From Planctomycetota bacterium (GTDB lineage Bacteria; Planctomycetota; SZUA-567; H5-PLA8), in assembly GCA_045863855.1 (NCBI GenBank), contig BTVV01000156.1, positions 1 to 13,185 of the forward strand: DNA of 13,185 bases, given 5' to 3'. Below the pieces are notes generated by a model, which was not told the DNA's origin, searched no databases, and saw only the letters and a list, made by a program, of their open reading frames with translations. A program made the translations under genes and the position numbers. Every line of letters begins with the position of its first letter. Position 1 is the stretch's first letter. Below are positions 1 through 5,521 of the stretch, in pieces.

Positions 1-1489
1 GATCGGCGACCAGTTCGCTTTCCAGCGTTGTGATGCGGTCTTTGCCGATGAGGGGCGAGAGCGGTCCGCACCAGAGGTACCAGAGCAGGTCGATATCGGT
101 CTGCTTGCGCTCCTCAAGAGCCCGGACGATCACGCGGTCAATCGATTCCATAAGCTCGCGCCCGACGCGCGGCTTACCGTCGATGGTGAGCGGCAGGAAT
201 TCACCTTTCGCATCCACCGCCAAACAACCGTGGAAGATCAGAATACCGTCGCGCACGATGAACATGTGCCCCTGTTTGACGACGAACTGCGCGTGATCCC
301 ACAGTTTGGCGCTGGCCAAAAATGAGCCTTTGATGCGGTCCATGCAAATCTGTTCGTCGGGCGAAAGCTTGTACGGATCGGAAGGATCAACCGTAGGCAA
401 AAACGTATCGAGCAGCGGATATGACTTGCCGTCGAGCGTGAGCGTGCCGTTCTTCGTGTCCAGAAGATGCATCAGGCGGCGATGTTCCTGTGCCCACTCG
501 GGGTGGCGCGCCAGGAGTTGGCCTTCCAGTTTGAATTGAATGATTCCGATGGCTTTTTGCATGCGCCGCATGGTGACTTCTTCGCGCATACCGCCGCCTT
601 TGACCTTAAAGGTGGGTGGATTGTCGTTCGCGTATACGTCGCGGACTAGGCGCTCGAGCGGTTGGAGAGTGATCCCGTACCCTTCTTCGAGCTGGCTCAG
701 CCGCCGGTAGCGCAGCGAGATGCGCAGCACTTGGGCGATGCAGGCTTCCTGGCCCAGGCATGCGCCCAGCCAAGCGGCATCGTGATTGCCCCAGGTAAAC
801 GAGACGTTGGGCTGCCGGATCAGGTAATCGACGACCTTGTCGCCGCGTTCGCCGCGATCCCAGCAATCGCCCGCGATGATCAATTCGCCGATGGCCAGAT
901 TGCGAACGACGCGTACGGCGAGATGCAGGAAATGCAGGGCGCGGTCGCGGCGGCTCAGTTCGCGCACGATGCCCGCCGTGTTGTCGGAATTGCGCTCGAG
1001 CGTGGCGTTGTTCAGCACCTCGGCGAAGAGATCGCGGTACTCGGTCGGAAAGAGGCGCATGCAGTGCTTGAAACTGTATTGGCCAGCCAGTTCGCGGACG
1101 AGTTCGAAGAGGCGGCCGAGCATCTTTTCGGCGAACGCGTGCCGGTCTTCTGGCGCGGGCAGGCGTTCTTGCAGCCGGCCGAGGACTTCGGCGGGATAAA
1201 AGACGAGGTTCAGGAATTCTTGCCGCTCGGCGGCGTCGAGACGCTGGCCAAAGCGGCTCTCGATCATCGGGCGGAGGCGGCCGGATGCGTTGTTGATGAC
1301 ATGGCGGAGCTTTTTGTATTCGCCGTGCACGTCGCTGATGACGTGGATCGCGGCCTTAGGCAATTCGAGGATTGCGGCAAGCCGCGCGATCTCGGAGGAC
1401 GCGGCGTCGACGCTAGGGAATTCGCGCGCCAGGATACTCAGCGTGGCGTTTGGTTTGGCTCGTGCGTGAGGCGATTCGGCTTGGGGAAT
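1..1489 (-). CDS. fbp: Fructose-1,6-bisphosphatase class 3 (Firmicute-type, metallophosphoesterase fold); 3' end runs off the window; start codon uncertain
   Basis: Not in the ORF track. Manual minus-strand translation is open from 1516 to the window edge: LSILAREFPSVDAASSEIARLAAILELPKAAIHVISDVHGEYKKLRHVINNASG...IIAGDCWDRGERG...FTWGNHDAAWLGA...QLEEGYGI...IQFKLEGQ...IFHGC...LLWYLWCGPLSPLIGKD. The SDxHGE, GDxxDRG, WGNHD, EEGYGI, QFKLEGQ and WYLWCG motifs are class 3 FBPase signatures. The 5' coordinate assumes ATT at 1489; alternatives are CTG 1441 or TTG 1363. Confidence 0.92.
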   Translation of the reverse strand, partial: MPQAESPHARAKPNATLSILAREFPSVDAASSEIARLAAILELPKAAIHVISDVHGEYKKLRHVINNASGRLRPMIESRFGQRLDAAERQEFLNLVFYPAEVLGRLQERLPAPEDRHAFAEKMLGRLFELVRELAGQYSFKHCMRLFPTEYRDLFAEVLNNATLERNSDNTAGIVRELSRRDRALHFLHLAVRVVRNLAIGELIIAGDCWDRGERGDKVVDYLIRQPNVSFTWGNHDAAWLGACLGQEACIAQVLRISLRYRRLSQLEEGYGITLQPLERLVRDVYANDNPPTFKVKGGGMREEVTMRRMQKAIGIIQFKLEGQLLARHPEWAQEHRRLMHLLDTKNGTLTLDGKSYPLLDTFLPTVDPSDPYKLSPDEQICMDRIKGSFLASAKLWDHAQFVVKQGHMFIVRDGILIFHGCLAVDAKGEFLPLTIDGKPRVGRELMESIDRVIVRALEERKQTDIDLLWYLWCGPLSPLIGKDRITTLESELVAD

Positions 1490-1518
1490 GCAGGGAAACC
1501 CTTGTTTGGTAACGTCCT

Positions 1519-1554
1519 AAAAAGCCGCGGGGGGGGCAGGCGCCCCCGCCGCGG
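1519..1554 (-). terminator. Intrinsic terminator downstream of tkt
   Basis: The minus strand reads CCGCGGCGGGGGC-GCCT-GCCCCCCCCGCGG-CTTTTT, a 13-bp GC stem with one C.C mismatch, a 4-nt loop and a U tract, about 30 nt after the tkt stop. Confidence 0.75.
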
Positions 1555-1583
1555 TGCAGCAGCATCGATAATCCAGCATATCC

Positions 1584-3686
1584 TCAGCGATTTGCGGCAA
1601 TGGTCCGTTTGGCCGCTTCGGCAACGGCTTCCGGCGTGAATCCGAACTTCTTGTTCAGTTCCTTCAGCGGGGCCGAGGCTCCGAAGGTGCGCATGCCGAT
1701 GGATTCACCCGTCGGTCCGACATAGCGTTCCCAACAGAAGGTGGACAGCGCTTCGATCGAGACACGCGCTTTGATCGACGGCGGCAGCACCGCATCTCGG
1801 TATTCTCTATCCTGGTGCTCGAAGAGTTCCCACGAAGGCATGCTGACCACGCGCGCCTTGATGCCTTCGCTCTTGAGTTTGGCTTGGCCGTCCATGGCCA
1901 ACGCGACTTCGGTGCCGCTGGCCATTAGGAGTACGTCGGGCTTTCCGCCTTCGGCTTCGGAAAGAATGTACGCGCCCTTGGCGACGCCTTCGGCGGAGCC
2001 GCACTTGGTCCGGTCTATAGTCGGCATGTTCTGGCGGCTGAGCACCAGACAAACCGGCTCGTGGCGCATCTTCATGATCGTCTTCCAGGCTTCGAGGACT
2101 TCGTTGGGATCGCCCGGGCGCATCGTGATCAGACCCGGAATCGCGCGCAAGCTGGCCAAGTGCTCGATGGGCTGGTGCGTCGGACCGTCTTCACCGACCC
2201 CGATGCTGTCGTGCGTGAATATGTAGATGACCGGGATTTCCATGATTGCCGCCAAGCGAATGCAGGGGCGGCTGAAATCGCTGAAGACGAAGAAGCCGGA
2301 GCCGTAGGGGCGGACTTTGGTGAGGGCCATCCCGTTGAGCACCGCGCCCATGGCGATTTCGCGGATGCCGAAGTGCATGTTGCGTCCGCCGAAGTGAATC
2401 TTGGTCGGATGGTGCGGATCGGCGGCCAGTCCGGGCGGGCCGAAATCGTCGGCGCCTTCGAACGTGAGCCGCGTCTTGGTAGACGGCGCCAAGTCGGCGC
2501 TGCCGCCGATCAGCCACGGCACGCTTTGCGCAATCGCGTTAAGAACCTTACCCGAGGCATCGCGACCGGCCAGGCCCTTCGGATCGGTTGGGAAGGGCTT
2601 GAGATTCTTGTCCCAGCCGTCGGGGAGTTGGCGCTTCTGGATGCGGACCAGTTCGTCGGCTTCCTTCGGGAACTTGGCCTTGTACTTCTCGTAGAGGCTC
2701 ATCCATTCGCTGCGCAGATTGCCGCCGCGCTTGCCCATGCCCTTGTTGAAGTGTTCCAGCACTTCGGTGGGCACGCGGAATTTGGCGTCTTCCGGCCAGC
2801 CGTAGTTGCGCTTGGTGAGCTTGATTTCTTCCTCGCCGAGCGGCGCGCCGTGCGCTTCGTGGGTGTCCTGCAGATTCGGAGCGCCCCAGGCGATGTGGCT
2901 GTCCACGATGATCAGCGTCGGCCGGCCCTTGGTCTCCTTGGCCAGGTTGTACGCGCGCTTGAGCATCTCGAGGTCGTTGGCATCGCTCACGCGCGTCACG
3001 TTCCAACCGTACGCGACGAAGCGGGTGGCGACGTCCTCGCTGAAAGACCAGCCGGTGTTGCCTTCGATGGTGATCTTATTGTTGTCGTAGATCCAGCAGA
3101 GGTTATCGAGCTTCAGGTGGCCGGCGAGGCTGGCGGCTTCGCTGGCGGCTCCTTCCATCATGCAGCCGTCCCCGCCCAGCGCGTAGACGTTGTAGCCAAA
3201 TAGGTCGAATCCGGGGCGGTTGTAATGCGCGGCGAGCCATTTGCCGGCGACGGCCATTCCGACGCTGGTCGCGTAACCCTGTCCGAGCGGGCCCGTGGTG
3301 GTTTCGATGCCGCTGGTCCAGCGGTATTCGGGATGCCCGGCGCAACGGCTGTCCATCTGGCGGAAACGCTTGATGTCGTCGAGCGTCACCGAAGGCTTGC
3401 CGACGCTTTCGTACGCCGCGTTGACGGCTTTTACCTGAGTGAGATGCAGCATCGAGTAGAGCAGCATCGAAGCGTGGCCCATCGACAGCACGAAGCGATC
3501 CCGGTTCGGCCAGATCGGATCGTTGGGATCGAAGCGCAGATGGTTTTGCCACAATTCGTAAGCGACCGGCGCCATGGCCATGGGCGTGCCAGGGTGCCCG
3601 CTGTTGGCGGCTTGCACCGCGTCCATGGCGAGCGTGCGAATCGTATTGACGGCCAAGCGGTCCAGATCGGCTTGCGTGGTGGTCAC
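1584..3686 (-). CDS. tkt: Transketolase (700 aa from GTG)
   Basis: Motifs ANSGHPG, WPNRDRFVLSMGH, GHPE, TTGPLGQG, the TPP-binding GDGCMMEG...DNN, GSADL, HFGIRE and THDSIGVGEDGPTHQP. Start moved from 3782 to GTG at 3686 (VTTTQADLDRL), which has a strong SD GGAGGAG at 3699-3693. Confidence 0.97.
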   Translation of the reverse strand: MTTTQADLDRLAVNTIRTLAMDAVQAANSGHPGTPMAMAPVAYELWQNHLRFDPNDPIWPNRDRFVLSMGHASMLLYSMLHLTQVKAVNAAYESVGKPSVTLDDIKRFRQMDSRCAGHPEYRWTSGIETTTGPLGQGYATSVGMAVAGKWLAAHYNRPGFDLFGYNVYALGGDGCMMEGAASEAASLAGHLKLDNLCWIYDNNKITIEGNTGWSFSEDVATRFVAYGWNVTRVSDANDLEMLKRAYNLAKETKGRPTLIIVDSHIAWGAPNLQDTHEAHGAPLGEEEIKLTKRNYGWPEDAKFRVPTEVLEHFNKGMGKRGGNLRSEWMSLYEKYKAKFPKEADELVRIQKRQLPDGWDKNLKPFPTDPKGLAGRDASGKVLNAIAQSVPWLIGGSADLAPSTKTRLTFEGADDFGPPGLAADPHHPTKIHFGGRNMHFGIREIAMGAVLNGMALTKVRPYGSGFFVFSDFSRPCIRLAAIMEIPVIYIFTHDSIGVGEDGPTHQPIEHLASLRAIPGLITMRPGDPNEVLEAWKTIMKMRHEPVCLVLSRQNMPTIDRTKCGSAEGVAKGAYILSEAEGGKPDVLLMASGTEVALAMDGQAKLKSEGIKARVVSMPSWELFEHQDREYRDAVLPPSIKARVSIEALSTFCWERYVGPTGESIGMRTFGASAPLKELNKKFGFTPEAVAEAAKRTIAANR

Positions 3687-3692
3687 GTGAAA

Positions 3693-3699
3693 CTCCTCC
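3693..3699 (-). promoter_or_regulatory. Shine-Dalgarno sequence of tkt
   Basis: GGAGGAG, 6 nt upstream of GTG 3686. Confidence 0.8.
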
Positions 3700-3756
3700 C
3701 GAAAAGGGGTGAAGGGAAACAAAACCGATATCCAAGGAACACGACGAGTTGGGCAC

Positions 3757-3784
3757 ATGCTAGCGGAGAAGCGTTTGCGCACAA
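3757..3784 (-). promoter_or_regulatory. Candidate sigma70-type promoter for tkt
   Basis: Minus strand TTGTGC (3784-3779), 16-nt spacer, TAGCAT (3762-3757). Consensus similarity only. Confidence 0.4.
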
Positions 3785-3888
3785 GCCGACTCTGAACAGA
3801 ACATCAAAGGATGCGAATATGAGCGATACACAAACGCTCAAGTGCGTAAAAGGCCGCAGACGGAAAAGATAAAAACCTCGGGGTGCAC

Positions 3889-3916
3889 TTTCCAGACCGG
3901 CTCCCTCCCATAGAAT
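3889..3916 (+). promoter_or_regulatory. Candidate sigma70-type promoter for sthA
   Basis: TTTCCA (3889-3894), 16-nt spacer, TAGAAT (3911-3916; 5/6 match to TATAAT). It would place the transcription start at about 3921-3924, where the structured leader begins. Confidence 0.5.
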
Positions 3917-3920
3917 GCGC

Positions 3921-4039
3921 GGGTTCAGGATGGGATACCGGACTGCCCGCAGGGCGGTTCCTTATTAAGGATGAACTCAGCGCCCGCGGGAGCGAACCCC
4001 GGCGCATGAGGCCTAAATTACTCGGGAGGAAGGCTCATG
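3921..4039 (+). promoter_or_regulatory. Structured 5' leader of sthA (candidate cis-regulatory RNA)
   Basis: Several helices, some with G.U pairs that favour the + strand, and some mutually exclusive. The last helix pairs with the start codon. No family recognised. Confidence 0.4.
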
Positions 4040-5458
4040 GCGGAACACAAATACGACGTAGTGGTGCTGGGCTCCGGCGCGGCCGGCGAAAAGGGCGCGG
4101 CGCAAGCGGCCTACTTCGGCAAGAAGGTGGCCATGGTAGAGCGCGACTACTACCTCGGCGGCGCGACTGCGGGTACGACCGTGCCCAGCAAGACACTGCG
4201 CGAAACGGCCATGGCGCTTTCCGGCGTCCGCGCGCGCCAGCTTCACGGCGTCGACATCTCGCTGCGCGGGCATGTGACGGTGCAGGACTTCCTGCATCAC
4301 GAGAAGGTCGTCAAGCAGACCGAACGCAACCGCGTCCAGTTTAACATGGACCGGCATAAGGTGGATATTTTCAAGGGCGCTGGCCGATTCAAGGATCCGC
4401 ACCGTATCGAAATTCTTGCGCCCGGCAAGCAGCCGGACATCCTGTACGGCGATGTGATCCTGATCGCCACCGGTTCGTCGCCCCGCCGCCCCGACGAGTT
4501 TCCCAAGGATGGGCGTATCTACGACAGCGATTCGATTCTGCAGATGAAGCAGATGCCCAAGAGCCTGTGCGTTGTCGGCGGCGGCGTCATCGGCTGCGAA
4601 TACGCCTGCATCTTCGCCGCTCTGGACGTCGACGTAAGCTTGATTCACGGCCGCGATATCCTGCTCGACTTCCTGGACCGCGATATCTCCTACGCGCTGC
4701 GCAATGCCATGGAGAAGATGGGCGTCACCCTGCTGATGCCTCAACGCTTGGCCGGGGTTACCGCCGAGAAGGACGGCATTCACCTCAAGCTAGCGAGCGG
4801 AGACGTCCGCATCGTCGACGCCGTGATGCTGGCCACCGGGCGTCAATCCAACACCGGCGACCTGAATCTCGAAGTTGCCGGCGTCGAACTGGGCAAGTAC
4901 GGCTTGATCAAAGTCAATGAAGACTACCAGACCAACGTGCCGCACATCTTCGCGGCCGGCGACGTGGTCGGCGCTCCGGCTTTGGCCAGCACGGGCATGG
5001 AGCAGGCGCGTTTCGCGATGATCAAGGGCCTCAAGCTGCCCAACTACAAGAACGCCGTCGCGCCGATCCTGCCGGCGGGCATCTACACCATCCCCGAATG
5101 CTCCAGCGCGGGGCTGACCGAAGAACAATGCCGCGAGAAAGGCATCAAGGCCGTATCCGGCACCGCGAAGTATGGCCAGAACGCGCGCGGCATGATCATC
5201 GGCGACTACGACGGCTTCTTGAAGCTCGTCTTCCGCTGGGACGATATGAAGCTGATCGGTGTGCACGTAATCGGCGAAATCGCCAGCGAGTTGGTTCACA
5301 CTGGCCTGTGCGCGATGACCATGGGCGCGACGAACGAGTTGTTCATCAATACCTGCTTCAACTACCCGACGCTGGGCGAACTGTACAAGTACGCCACCTA
5401 CGACGCGATGGGCAAGAAGGCCAAGCTCGAAGCCGAGGAGAAAGCCGGCAAGGCTTGA
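4037..5458 (+). CDS. sthA: Soluble (Si-specific) pyridine nucleotide transhydrogenase, 473 aa
   Basis: Class I pyridine nucleotide-disulfide oxidoreductase motifs: GSGAAG, PSKTLRE, ATGS, GGGVIGCE, AAGDV. It lacks the CxxxxC disulfide and has the C-terminal FNYPTLGELYKYA typical of SthA rather than the HPTxxE of lipoamide dehydrogenase. SD GGGAGGAAGG at 4024-4033. Confidence 0.92.
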   Translation: MAEHKYDVVVLGSGAAGEKGAAQAAYFGKKVAMVERDYYLGGATAGTTVPSKTLRETAMALSGVRARQLHGVDISLRGHVTVQDFLHHEKVVKQTERNRVQFNMDRHKVDIFKGAGRFKDPHRIEILAPGKQPDILYGDVILIATGSSPRRPDEFPKDGRIYDSDSILQMKQMPKSLCVVGGGVIGCEYACIFAALDVDVSLIHGRDILLDFLDRDISYALRNAMEKMGVTLLMPQRLAGVTAEKDGIHLKLASGDVRIVDAVMLATGRQSNTGDLNLEVAGVELGKYGLIKVNEDYQTNVPHIFAAGDVVGAPALASTGMEQARFAMIKGLKLPNYKNAVAPILPAGIYTIPECSSAGLTEEQCREKGIKAVSGTAKYGQNARGMIIGDYDGFLKLVFRWDDMKLIGVHVIGEIASELVHTGLCAMTMGATNELFINTCFNYPTLGELYKYATYDAMGKKAKLEAEEKAGKA

Positions 5459-5474
5459 GCTTGAACCCGTTCGA

Positions 5475-5510
5475 ATGAAAAAAGGCGGCCTTTGGGCCGC
5501 CTTTTTTCAT
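5475..5510. terminator. Bidirectional intrinsic terminator between convergent sthA and permease genes
   Basis: Perfect 16-bp inverted repeat ATGAAAAAAGGCGGCC-TTTG-GGCCGCCTTTTTTCAT, with a T6 tract on each strand. Confidence 0.92.
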
Positions 5511-5521
5511 GGGTCCTCTTC

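Noticed and set aside
1495..1536. C8 homopolymer and GGGTTTC slippery heptamer as a frameshift route into fbp
   Set aside because: The frame that would feed a -1 shift has no nearby start codon, so two independent events would be needed. The C run is explained by the terminator stem.
662..1639. 325-aa + strand ORF, and the smaller + ORFs in 30-1199
   Set aside because: The long ORF is the codon-register antisense shadow of fbp, and none of these ORFs has recognisable motifs.
3687..3782. 32-aa N-terminal extension of tkt in the ORF track
   Set aside because: The strong SD points to GTG 3686, and transketolase similarity starts there.
2061..3872. 380-aa and 215-aa + strand ORFs
   Set aside because: Antisense shadows of tkt, caused by high GC at third codon positions.
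3915..4030. Assignment of the sthA leader to a known RNA class (ykkC/guanidine-I, TPP, glycine, fluoride, tRNA)
   Set aside because: Only fragmentary resemblance to ykkC (GGGUUC, CGGGAG). Diagnostic cores such as CUGAGA, GGUCCGAG or TTCGA are absent.
4013..5299. 256-aa and 169-aa minus-strand ORFs
   Set aside because: Antisense shadows of sthA.
4037..5458. Dihydrolipoamide dehydrogenase, glutathione reductase or mercuric reductase call
   Set aside because: No CxxxxC, and NYPT replaces HPT.
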